DNA from: an uncultured Spirochaetaceae bacterium
GTDB taxonomy: Bacteria; Spirochaetota; Spirochaetia; Treponematales; Treponemataceae
DNA: 64,000 nt
Reading direction: 5' to 3'
Assembly (NCBI GenBank): GCA_902785455.1
Contig: CACZYY010000008.1
Location: 851-64,850, forward strand
Shown: positions 54,859-63,656 of the stretch, piece by piece
Numbering within the stretch: position 1 is the first letter of the stretch
Layout of the letters: the number at the start of each line of letters is the position of its first letter
Translations under genes and position numbers: made by a program
Notes under the pieces: model-generated
What the model was told of the DNA's origin: nothing
The model's input: only the letters and a program-made list of their open reading frames with translations
Databases searched by the model: none

Positions 54859-57036
54859 TTATGCCTGAGCCGTTGGATTATATTTCTTCAAAATCATCTT
54901 TACTTCGGAAAGAGATTCCATGAAAACTTCGACGCATTTCGGGTCAAACTGAGTACCCGAGCCTTCCTGCAGAATTGCCAGAGCTTTTTCGAGCGGGAAC
55001 GCAGGTTTGTAGACTCGTGGAGAAGCAAGGGCATCAAAAACATCAGCCACGGCCATGATTCGGGCAGAGAGAGGAATTACTTCGCCATGAAGACCTTCCG
55101 GGTAGCCCTTGCCGTCCCAGCGTTCGTGATGATATGCCGCCATGTTTCGGGCTTCTTTGAGATAGTTTTCACCCTGTACAGTTGAGATTGCTTTTTCTAG
55201 GATTTGCTTTCCGGCTGTAGTGTGTGTTTTCATAATCGCAAATTCTTCGTCGGTGAGTTTGCCAGGCTTATTCAGAACATTGTCCGGAATGTTGATTTTT
55301 CCGACGTCATGGAGCGGAGCCGAGCGGACTACATCTGACATAAATTTTGGCGTGAGTTTTGAGGCATAATATTCTTTGCGTTTGAGACCTTCCACGATGA
55401 TTTTTACATAAGCGGAAGTCTTCTGAACGTGCGCGCCTGTGTCTGAATCGCGGTTTTCGACCATATCTGCCATTGTGATGATAAGTCCGTCCTGCATTGT
55501 CATTGTTGAATCTGAAAGACGGCGAATATCCCGCACCTGTTCGGTCTGGTTGAGCGTGAGCTGGCATATTGCGTCATAAAGCTTTTGAATCTCATCGCCG
55601 CTCTGAATATCAAGCGAACGAATTTGCTTTACGTTTTCATCGAGTTTTTCCTGTTCCTCAACTGAATCAGAGAAAAGATTGATACAAGTGGCCATTGCAC
55701 TGATGGGATATGACATTCGTGTTCCGATTGTCCAGATTGAGTAAGAAACAATTACGATAAAAAATCCTGCCAGAATCAGAATGACTTTGATAATAAAGCT
55801 GCCAAGAGATTTTGACATATAATCTATACTGAAACCTGCCGTGATGTAGCAGACGCAATTTCCTTCTGCGTTAAAAACAGGCCGGAAAACAAAAATTTGC
55901 TTGCTGAAAATTGAGTCAGTTTCAACAGGATCTATTTGTTTTCCTTCTATTAAATTTTCTTTAATTAAAGCGAATTCTTTGGTGTAAGGAATGAGTTTGC
56001 CAAATTCTACAGGCTTGTCCGTGCTCTCGTGGCTGTCAATGTTGAAAATAAAGCGTGCGCCATCTTCTTCAGTTTTTACAACGCTAAGATATGATAAAGA
56101 AGAAACTTGCCAGGCCTTGTAAAGAACGTTGATGGTTTCTGTGTAGCCAGGGGCATTGCTCCCGAATTTGATGAAATCGTCAATTTTTGTTGTGTCGATG
56201 AATTCACTTGCGAGGTTTATGCATTTTGTTGCGATTTCAATCCGCTCGTTTTTGTCGTTTTCTGAATAAATTCTGATTGTGATTATGCTTGTCAATAAGA
56301 CAAGAATGACGGAACTTATTATGAACGACAGTGTGAGCTTTGTATGAAGCGGATGTTTGATATTGGTGTGCTTTTCATCTATATAATGCTGTGTGGTGTC
56401 GGATAAAAAACGATGCTTCCACAAGTCTTCTTCAAATGAAACCAAAAACTTTTTGGGAAGTGCGGATATCAGGATAGTCACAAAAATACAGATAAAACAT
56501 TTTTCAAAGAAATAAAGCAGGAAATTAGTGAGCGTGAAACTTAAAGCAAATGGAATTGATGCAACAGAAGAAAATGAATGTGCGTTCTGTGATATTAGGG
56601 AAGGAATCTGCTGGCCGTAAAGCGCGTATTGTGAAAAAGTCGATGAAAGGGTCGCGATGATTGCCATTCCTAAAGCATATAAAAGAGTTCTCCGCAGATT
56701 TTTGAAAGAATTTTTTCGTATAAAAGCGACCGAAGCAACCGCTATTACAGCATTAAAAAAAGAAAGATAAATTGATGGTTCATAAAATAGGGCACAAATA
56801 ACACTGGAGGCTACAGCTGTACATATTGATGGAAAGAGAAATCTTGTGATTGCTGCAACACATATAGTTCCAACGCTGTCCAAAAAAAGTGGGAACCCCA
56901 ATTTGTACATAATAAAAGAGAGAAGAACATTTATAAAAACTCCGCAGACAGCGATGACCGTGCGGCGACTGCGGATTTTAAATTTTCTACGTTTGACTTT
57001 TACTTGTGATTTCAAATTGCCCCTCACAGTATTCAA
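54859..57036 (-). CDS. HD-GYP phosphodiesterase with ECF S-component-like N-terminus, periplasmic and HAMP-like domains
   Basis: PLFLDSVGTI..A; TGAHV, LHDVGK, HT, HHERWDGKGYP, ADVFDAL, RVYK all intact. Confidence 0.88.
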   Translation of the reverse strand: MNTVRGNLKSQVKVKRRKFKIRSRRTVIAVCGVFINVLLSFIMYKLGFPLFLDSVGTICVAAITRFLFPSICTAVASSVICALFYEPSIYLSFFNAVIAVASVAFIRKNSFKNLRRTLLYALGMAIIATLSSTFSQYALYGQQIPSLISQNAHSFSSVASIPFALSFTLTNFLLYFFEKCFICIFVTILISALPKKFLVSFEEDLWKHRFLSDTTQHYIDEKHTNIKHPLHTKLTLSFIISSVILVLLTSIITIRIYSENDKNERIEIATKCINLASEFIDTTKIDDFIKFGSNAPGYTETINVLYKAWQVSSLSYLSVVKTEEDGARFIFNIDSHESTDKPVEFGKLIPYTKEFALIKENLIEGKQIDPVETDSIFSKQIFVFRPVFNAEGNCVCYITAGFSIDYMSKSLGSFIIKVILILAGFFIVIVSYSIWTIGTRMSYPISAMATCINLFSDSVEEQEKLDENVKQIRSLDIQSGDEIQKLYDAICQLTLNQTEQVRDIRRLSDSTMTMQDGLIITMADMVENRDSDTGAHVQKTSAYVKIIVEGLKRKEYYASKLTPKFMSDVVRSAPLHDVGKINIPDNVLNKPGKLTDEEFAIMKTHTTAGKQILEKAISTVQGENYLKEARNMAAYHHERWDGKGYPEGLHGEVIPLSARIMAVADVFDALASPRVYKPAFPLEKALAILQEGSGTQFDPKCVEVFMESLSEVKMILKKYNPTAQA

Positions 57037-57169
57037 GAATAAATTATACCACCACTGTTTAAATTTATAAAGAATAATTTCAGAAAACTACAGAGTTTTT
57101 TATTGTCAAAATTTTCTGTTTTATTTTTCCTGTTTATGTGCTATTCTTCCATATCGCGATTTTTAGGAG

Positions 57170-59275
57170 TTGTTTATGCAATTGGACCCAAAAGTACAGA
57201 GAATCATTGACTGGCGCGAGAGCATTGCGGTGCTGCCGGACAATCATTTTTTTGAAATCATAAGAATGTACTTGGGCGAAATAAAAACTCCGTTCAACAA
57301 GCAAAAGCTGATTGAGGAGCTTGGTGCTTTTATCCGCCGCGAAGAAACCCGCCGCACGCTTGTTTCACTTTTGAGCGAGACAGACTTGCGCATTATTTCT
57401 GCCGTCAAATATATTTCAAACGCCACTCAAGAAAAGCTTTATTCATTTTTTGCCGGCACTTATTCTTTTGCGGCCCTTTACGAGCGTCTCTTGAATCTTG
57501 AGGAACGTCTGATTTTATACCGAAAATGCGACCGAAACGGCAAGACAATCGTTCTCATCAATCCACATCTTGAAGAAGATTTGGCTCCTTACACCAAGCA
57601 GTCCGTTCTTTTGGAGCCGCCGGAGTATGCGGGGATTTCTTACGAGGCTCCGGCATCACTTTCACCAGAGCTGATTGCGGCATTCATTTCGTTCATCCAT
57701 AAAAACCGTGATTTGTGCAAGGCTGACGGCACTTTCAAAAAACGCACGGAATCCGAAATCGAACGTCTTTTTCCGGGCAAAACCGAAATGCTTTACAACC
57801 TCACCAAAGCTTTCATAAATCTTTCGCTGATTCGTGAAGTGGGTGAGGGCTTTGAAATCGACAAAAACAAATTCCTGGCTTTTGCACGACTTGATGAGCG
57901 TCTTCAATACGCATATTTTTGTGTGGCAAGTGCAGGCCGCTTTTCACGCAGTTCGCTTGTCAGGCAGGCAAAACTTCTTCTTGAAGTGGCAAGTTCCATT
58001 CCGCACGAAGGATTTTCCCGAAGCATAATTTTGCGGCTTGCATATCTTATTTCCGAAGATCAGGGAGACGGTACTGGAGTTTCTTCACTTGGCACAAGCT
58101 CCCGTTTTTCGGCAATTTTGAACCGTGCCAGAGCCGAGCAGTCTGAGTCAGCCAGCGCGATTTCTGATTCTGATTCCGACCTTTCCTCAATTTTGGACAG
58201 ATTGATTGAATGTGCTTCTCTTTTTGGAATTTTGTCCAAAAAAGGCACAGATATTCACGATGAATCGATTTATGTCTCAGGTACAATTTTCGATCAAAAA
58301 GAATTTGAAGAGACTCCAAAAGTCCTGAGCGTAGACGCGGGCTTCAATGTCACGCTGATGCCCGGGCTTTCCCTGGAAAATCTTATCCCGCTCATGGATT
58401 TTATGGAACTCGTTCAGTTTGACACTGCTGCGGTTTTTGAAATCAACCGAAAGTCGGTCATGCGCGGGTTCGATGCCGGGCTTTCCGCAAACAAAATTTT
58501 TTCTCTTCTCAAAAAGTATTCTCCGTACGAAATCCCGCAGAATCTCGAAATTTCCGTGGACGACTGGAGCAAATCTTATTCCTCTGCAACGATTTACAAG
58601 GGATATGTCCTGCAGGTGAGTGCCGAAAAAGCTGCAATCACCGAGAACAATCCCGCAATCGCACCGTTTATTGCGGCCAAACTTGCGATGGGAATCTATC
58701 TTCTTTCGGTTGAGAGCGACGAGCAGGCACAGGCGATTATCGCGCGTAGTGGCCTCGACTTCATCGGCAAAATCAAAACTCCCGAAAAAGCTTACGAAAG
58801 TATCGGCTTCCCGGAATTTGCCGTTCCTCAAAAGACAGACCGTTTTGACACGAGCGAAGAACCTGCTCCCACATCCGACGAAGAGCGGGCCGCACATTTT
58901 GAGGCCATGCGTGCCGAACTTGAAAAGCTCAACCTTCCTCAGGAGAAAAAAGAGGGGCTTGCACAGCGAATCCAGCACAAAATCATTTTGTCACCGGTTC
59001 AGCTCCGCGCGGACAGCGTAAAATACGAGCGGATCGAAGCCGGCGGCATGGATTTTTCGGGCAAACTCCACATCGTCGAAGGCTCAATCTCAAACAACAG
59101 CATGGTCGAGCTTCAGTTTGACGACCGCGTAATCGTTGGAGTTCCGCTTTCAATCACAAAAACAGGCACGGACGCCACAGTTTTAATGGAAGTAATGCCA
59201 GACCGCGACGAAAAAGTGCTTTCAATCGGCCAGGCCAAGTTCGTCAAGCGAATCCGGGGAAGCGTTTTAAGGTAG
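57170..59275 (+). CDS. XPB helicase-associated (Helicase_C_3 domain) partner protein
   Basis: FEI.RKSV.RGF..G......F..L..YS...IPQN...S..DW pattern; N-terminal YLGEIKTPFNKQ.L. Confidence 0.7.
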   Translation: MFMQLDPKVQRIIDWRESIAVLPDNHFFEIIRMYLGEIKTPFNKQKLIEELGAFIRREETRRTLVSLLSETDLRIISAVKYISNATQEKLYSFFAGTYSFAALYERLLNLEERLILYRKCDRNGKTIVLINPHLEEDLAPYTKQSVLLEPPEYAGISYEAPASLSPELIAAFISFIHKNRDLCKADGTFKKRTESEIERLFPGKTEMLYNLTKAFINLSLIREVGEGFEIDKNKFLAFARLDERLQYAYFCVASAGRFSRSSLVRQAKLLLEVASSIPHEGFSRSIILRLAYLISEDQGDGTGVSSLGTSSRFSAILNRARAEQSESASAISDSDSDLSSILDRLIECASLFGILSKKGTDIHDESIYVSGTIFDQKEFEETPKVLSVDAGFNVTLMPGLSLENLIPLMDFMELVQFDTAAVFEINRKSVMRGFDAGLSANKIFSLLKKYSPYEIPQNLEISVDDWSKSYSSATIYKGYVLQVSAEKAAITENNPAIAPFIAAKLAMGIYLLSVESDEQAQAIIARSGLDFIGKIKTPEKAYESIGFPEFAVPQKTDRFDTSEEPAPTSDEERAAHFEAMRAELEKLNLPQEKKEGLAQRIQHKIILSPVQLRADSVKYERIEAGGMDFSGKLHIVEGSISNNSMVELQFDDRVIVGVPLSITKTGTDATVLMEVMPDRDEKVLSIGQAKFVKRIRGSVLR

Positions 59276-59301
59276 CCGTTAGATGTGAGCAGGTAGAAAT
59301 C

Positions 59302-59456
59302 GGGGGCTCCGGCCATGCCGTCGGGCTATCCGCGGTTCCGTGCTAGCCGCACTCCATTGCCTTCACTACGCCTACGCAACACAGTTGCTTCGGAGAGTCG
59401 CTAAAACGCTCCCTACGTTCCGGCAACGGCTTCGCCGCCGCTACTATCCCTAGCCC
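59302..59456 (+). repeat. Repeat family 5, copy carrying a nested family 6 element (59371-59415)
   Basis: GGGGGCT...CGGGCTATCCGCGGTTCCG...CGCCGCCGCTACTATCCCTAGCCC, interrupted by CCTACG...TTCGGAGAGTCGCTAAAACGCTCCCTA. Confidence 0.65.
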
Positions 59457-59460
59457 GTGG

Positions 59461-60228
59461 CTATTTCTGAATCTTGTACACCAAATTCCGCACAAAGTTT
59501 CTTGGCAGGATTTTCGTGAGAAATGCGAAAATCTGAGTGGAAAGGCCGGGAAGAGCCAGAACTTTTCCCTTCATCAGCTTTTTGTAGGCGTATCTTGCTA
59601 TGTATTTTGAATCCGCAAAAAGCAGGCTTTTGAAGATTTTTGACGAGCCAGCCTCAGCCCTGTCCCAGAAGTCCGTTGCGACCGGCCCCGGGCATAGTGC
59701 CGTCACCGTCACGCCTGTGTGCTTCAGTTCGACAGAAAGGGCCTCCGTAAAGGATCGGACGAAAGCCTTTGAGGCATAATAAACCGACATCTTGGGTCCC
59801 GGCATAAAACTTGCGATTGAAGCCACATTCAAAATCCGCCCGCTCTTTCGTGCTGTCATAGACGGCAAAAAAAGCCTCGTAAGTTCAGTGAGGGTCAGGA
59901 TGTTCAGGTGAATCATCTGATTCTGTTTTTCAAGATTGCTTTCGGCAAAAAGTCCCCAGTCGCCAAAGCCTGCGTTATTCACAAGCACATCGACCGAAAT
60001 AGCCTCTTCTTTTGTAAAAGCCAGGACTTCCATCGCCGCCCCGTCCTTTGATAAATCACACTCGAAAACCGAAACCTTGATTTTGTGAGCCGATTCAAGC
60101 TCCGCTTTGAGTTCATCTAATTTTTCTTTTCGTCTGGCAACCAGAACAAGGTCAAAGCCGTCAGCCGCAAAAAGCCAGGCAAGTTCTGCCCCGATTCCAC
60201 CAGAGGCACCAGTGATAAGCGCAGTCAT
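59461..60228 (-). CDS. Short-chain dehydrogenase/reductase (DltE-like)
   Basis: TGASGGIG, LVNNAG, YYASK, CPGP. Confidence 0.93.
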   Translation of the reverse strand: MTALITGASGGIGAELAWLFAADGFDLVLVARRKEKLDELKAELESAHKIKVSVFECDLSKDGAAMEVLAFTKEEAISVDVLVNNAGFGDWGLFAESNLEKQNQMIHLNILTLTELTRLFLPSMTARKSGRILNVASIASFMPGPKMSVYYASKAFVRSFTEALSVELKHTGVTVTALCPGPVATDFWDRAEAGSSKIFKSLLFADSKYIARYAYKKLMKGKVLALPGLSTQIFAFLTKILPRNFVRNLVYKIQK

Positions 60229-60264
60229 ATTGATTTGATTTTAGTTTGTATGGGTGAGCTTTGT

Positions 60265-60639
60265 CTACTCTTCCGGGGAGACCCCGTTTTTGTAAGCCCG
60301 TGCGATTTCCAGAAAGTGCGTGAGCTGGTGCGGAGTGAGAGATGCGAGAATGTGATTTATTTCCTTTTTCTGCCAGTCAGATTTTGTGCCTGATTTTGAC
60401 GGTGGCGTAGTCGAGTCCGTGCCAGTCACAAGATATTCCGTGGTGGTGTTTAGAGCCTGTGCCATGCGGACAGCGACATCAGCTGCGGGAATTGAGCCAC
60501 GGTAGAGGTACATACTCAAAGTAGCCTCACTAATCCCGACCATTTTCGCAAAATCCCTGTTCGAAATCCCCTGATAGTTTAATTCATCCGTGAGCCGTTC
60601 CTTAAACAACCGTCTTTTTTCTTCTGTTCCTTCTTTCAT
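60265..60639 (-). CDS. XRE family HTH regulator
   Basis: FAKMVGIS..TLS.Y......P......MAQALNTT.EYLVTG. Confidence 0.88.
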   Translation of the reverse strand: MKEGTEEKRRLFKERLTDELNYQGISNRDFAKMVGISEATLSMYLYRGSIPAADVAVRMAQALNTTTEYLVTGTDSTTPPSKSGTKSDWQKKEINHILASLTPHQLTHFLEIARAYKNGVSPEE

Positions 60640-60660
60640 AAGAAAAATTTATGATGTTTA

Positions 60661-60738
60661 TGTAATTGAAAGTTGACTGTTTATGTTATTGTGTGTAGTA
60701 TTTGTGTAATTACACAAAGTAGATTGTGTAATTGAAAT
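60661..60738. promoter_or_regulatory. Divergent promoter region with perfect 18-bp palindrome and TGTAATT repeats
   Basis: TTTGTGTAATTACACAAA (60701-60718); TGTAATTGAAA on both sides; TTGACT-17-TAGTAT (60673-60701). Confidence 0.6.
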
Positions 60739-60756
60739 AGTTTTTTGGAGGCCTTT

Positions 60757-62037
60757 ATGAAATTAGTAAAATCCATCCTTGCGCTTATGCTTTCTTCGGC
60801 ATTAGTTTTCGGATTTGCGTCGTGCAGTAATGACGATGAAAATTCATCAAGTGGTAATGGAGGTGGTTCTGCAATAGAAGCTGTTTCAACAACAGGAACT
60901 GTTGCTGCGGCTACTACGACGGACGGAGTGAAAAAAGCTGTTCTTTCTGCTTCAAATGGCACCTATGAATTCACAGAAACTAATTCTGGATTAAGCAAAA
61001 ATATAGTTTCTCGTGCTGTTGTTGACACAACAAAGGGCGGAACTTGGATTTTTAAGGAGAAAGATTCTACAAATGCAAAATACTCAGGTTCTTACAAAGG
61101 TGATATTTCAAAATTTGGTTCTGAAGAGGTCAAACTTAATCTTACTGTTGAAAAGGTTTTGAACAATGGAAAACTGACGGAAGTCGCAAGCAAAAAAGAA
61201 TTTGATTTAGCAGCCACGACGACGACATTTACGGCGACAGTTCCTGCTGTAGAAACAAAGAAAACAGTTGTTCCAAGCAGTGGCTCACCAACAAGTGATA
61301 CAACACCGACTGTAGAATTACCAGCATCAGTGGGTGAAAATCCGTTCAATGGAAAGACATTTACACAGACTAATAGTGATTCTGACAAAACAATATCTTG
61401 GGCTTTTACGGCGGACACTGCGAGTGAGACCGAATCTCGTACAAGAAACGGTCAGATTAAATCTAAAAAAACTGTTTATCGTTATACCTATGATGCAAAC
61501 AACAATTTGATTTTCTTTGGTTTCAAATCGTATTCTGACGATGAGGGGGGGGCATTTTCAAGTATGAGTGAATATGAGGCTCTGCTTAAAGAAAGATATG
61601 GGGACAAAATTTCTGAAAATCCAGAAGCCTTAAAAACCGAACTTGAAAGATGGTCTCAGATATTCTCCACGAAGAAGACTTATCAATATGAATTATCCGC
61701 AAATACAATTAGTCTTACTGGATATTTTGATGGAACTTTACCAACGAATGTCAATTTTTGGACAAGCGATGGAAAAATTTCCCTTAGAAATGGAGAAGGT
61801 ATGTGGATTTGGCCACCAGAAAGTACTGGTAATGGAGATGGCTATCATAGTGAAGTTGTGACATATAAAGATGGAAAATTCTTTGGAAAACTTAATGATT
61901 TGGGTGAAATTGAAGGCACATACACCACACGCGGAACCGGCACAAGCGGATGCTCTGTAACACTGATATTCACAAAACTTCCTAGTGGTGTGACTGTGAT
62001 TACAACAAATACTCCTTACACTCTAACATCTAACTAA
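60757..62037 (+). CDS. Hypothetical surface lipoprotein
   Basis: GGAGG RBS, lipobox FASC, Ser/Thr-rich linkers, modular beta-rich domains. Confidence 0.8.
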   Translation: MKLVKSILALMLSSALVFGFASCSNDDENSSSGNGGGSAIEAVSTTGTVAAATTTDGVKKAVLSASNGTYEFTETNSGLSKNIVSRAVVDTTKGGTWIFKEKDSTNAKYSGSYKGDISKFGSEEVKLNLTVEKVLNNGKLTEVASKKEFDLAATTTTFTATVPAVETKKTVVPSSGSPTSDTTPTVELPASVGENPFNGKTFTQTNSDSDKTISWAFTADTASETESRTRNGQIKSKKTVYRYTYDANNNLIFFGFKSYSDDEGGAFSSMSEYEALLKERYGDKISENPEALKTELERWSQIFSTKKTYQYELSANTISLTGYFDGTLPTNVNFWTSDGKISLRNGEGMWIWPPESTGNGDGYHSEVVTYKDGKFFGKLNDLGEIEGTYTTRGTGTSGCSVTLIFTKLPSGVTVITTNTPYTLTSN

Positions 62038-62056
62038 CTAAAACAAATCTTCCATC

Positions 62057-62092
62057 CGCCGTTCTGCTCACCCCAGAACGGCGATTTTTTTT
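62057..62092 (+). terminator. Rho-independent terminator
   Basis: CGCCGTTCTG-loop-CAGAACGGCG plus T-tract. Confidence 0.85.
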
Positions 62093-62163
62093 ACTCACCT
62101 GTAGTATCCTCCCATTCCTGCTTTAAAAATTGCCACAATCGCTTTATAATTACTGCAAAAACC

Positions 62164-62382
62164 ATGACAGAATCTCAGCAGATTTTATACATGCAGATTA
62201 GAATTCTCAGAATCACGGCGACAAAATTAAAGCTTTCGCTAAAACAGACAGCCCAGCTTTTCAAAAAATTTGATGTCCTAAAGTATATTCGCGAAGGCTT
62301 CGGTGTCTTTCATGTTGAAGGCGATGAGGCTGTTTTTGAAGATGTGTACGAATACCTCAAAATCAAGGGGGCATTCGCATGA
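62164..62382 (+). CDS. Small helical protein, DUF3791-like
   Basis: LF.K..V..YI...F...H..G pattern; ATGA overlap with next gene. Confidence 0.7.
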   Translation: MTESQQILYMQIRILRITATKLKLSLKQTAQLFKKFDVLKYIREGFGVFHVEGDEAVFEDVYEYLKIKGAFA

Positions 62383-62945
62383 AAAATCTGTCAGAAGGAA
62401 TTGTTCTTTACCACGGCAGTTATTGCGTGGTCGAAGAGCCTGATTTGGAAAAATGTGCGAGATTCAAAGATTTTGGCAGAGGATTTTATCTTACTTCGTC
62501 AAAAGAACAGGCAAAGAGTTTTGCAAAAATTACTGCGACCAAAGCAAAATCAAGAGGATATGTTTCATCGGCTGAGAAATTTGCTTATATTTCCTATTTT
62601 AAAGTTGATTCTGTTGATGATTTGAATATTTTTGCCTATGAAACGGCAGATGTAAACTGGCTTCATTGTATTGTAGCCCATCGCCGGAATGATGTTTTTG
62701 TCGAAGTTCGTAAGCAAATGGAGGCTTATGATGTGATTGAAGGAAAAATTGCGAACGATGACACGAACACGACAATTATGGCATATATGGGAAATGTCTT
62801 CGGCGAGATGGGGAGTGAGCAATCAGATAAAATGTGTATAAGTCTTCTTCTTCCTGAGCGATTGCAAGACCAGTTTTGTTTTAGAACAGATAAAGCTCTT
62901 TCAAAATTGCAATTTTTGAAATCTGAAAAAGTTTCGTTGGAGTAG
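62379..62945 (+). CDS. DUF3990 family protein (ADP-ribosyltransferase-like)
   Basis: LYHGS, KDFGRGFYLT, WL, YDVIEG.IAND, QFCF. Confidence 0.85.
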   Translation: MKNLSEGIVLYHGSYCVVEEPDLEKCARFKDFGRGFYLTSSKEQAKSFAKITATKAKSRGYVSSAEKFAYISYFKVDSVDDLNIFAYETADVNWLHCIVAHRRNDVFVEVRKQMEAYDVIEGKIANDDTNTTIMAYMGNVFGEMGSEQSDKMCISLLLPERLQDQFCFRTDKALSKLQFLKSEKVSLE

Positions 62946-62948
62946 TTT

Positions 62949-63161
62949 ATGCCTAGTGAAAAAACTTTGTTTGCAATGGATATAAACACTCTTCTAGCAG
63001 TTGAGCAGCTTGCAAAAGAAACAGGAAAAAGTCCCGAATCTATTCTCCTTGATTTTATGGAATCAAACACTGCAAAAATGGCTTACGATGATGCGACAAA
63101 ACTTTGGTGGGACGGCCCTGCAAGCACTGCAGAATGTTACAAAGAGGAAGTCGAAAAATAA
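62949..63161 (+). CDS. Small acidic protein, DUF3791-like partner
   Basis: F..S.T....YD..TKLW pattern typical of DUF3990 neighbours; 3 bp after the upstream stop. Confidence 0.7.
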   Translation: MPSEKTLFAMDINTLLAVEQLAKETGKSPESILLDFMESNTAKMAYDDATKLWWDGPASTAECYKEEVEK

Positions 63162-63207
63162 TCAGTCCGCAAATTAATTGAGTTGGAGACCAGAACAGCG
63201 GTTTTCC

Positions 63208-63483
63208 TTATCCGAACAAAGCCGCGAAAGCAGCTCTGGCCTGGTCGGATTTGCTCTGGCTTCCTTCTGAGGCATCAATTTTCGCGACCGAAAAATAATC
63301 GCAGAAATTTGCGTGTTCCTTGTCTTTTACAAGCTCGTCGATTGTCTCATGGCAGTCGTAATGGCTCCCCGGAGAATAAAATTTGCAGTTTACGCAGGAA
63401 TGTAAATCTGCCCCGCAAACCTCGCATGTCGAGGTTCTGAAAATTTGCGCCTGAGTGACAGGCTTTCCACACTTTTTACACAT
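63208..63483 (-). CDS. Small Cys-rich putative zinc-binding protein
   Basis: CKKC, CEVC, CVNC, C and NFCDYF; TATACT 6 nt upstream of the ATG. Confidence 0.75.
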   Translation of the reverse strand: MCKKCGKPVTQAQIFRTSTCEVCGADLHSCVNCKFYSPGSHYDCHETIDELVKDKEHANFCDYFSVAKIDASEGSQSKSDQARAAFAALFG

Positions 63484-63556
63484 GAGTTCAGTATAAGTCA
63501 GGATTGTGGAAAATGCTAATGGATTTTGCGGTCAAAAATTTTGAGATCAAGAATTC

Positions 63557-63656
63557 TTGACATTATAGTGATTTATGTTATATTTAAAACAGATAGCCCG
63601 ACAGACTGCGCACGGGGGGCTTTTTGGCTGATTGGACTGCGCCCTTTCCTATCTCT
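63557..63656 (+). ncRNA. Putative promoter-driven small RNA converging on the PBECR-like gene
   Basis: TTGACA-16-TGnTATATT with no + strand ORF downstream; AGATAG...CTATCT closing stem; two GACTGCGC repeats. Confidence 0.4.
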
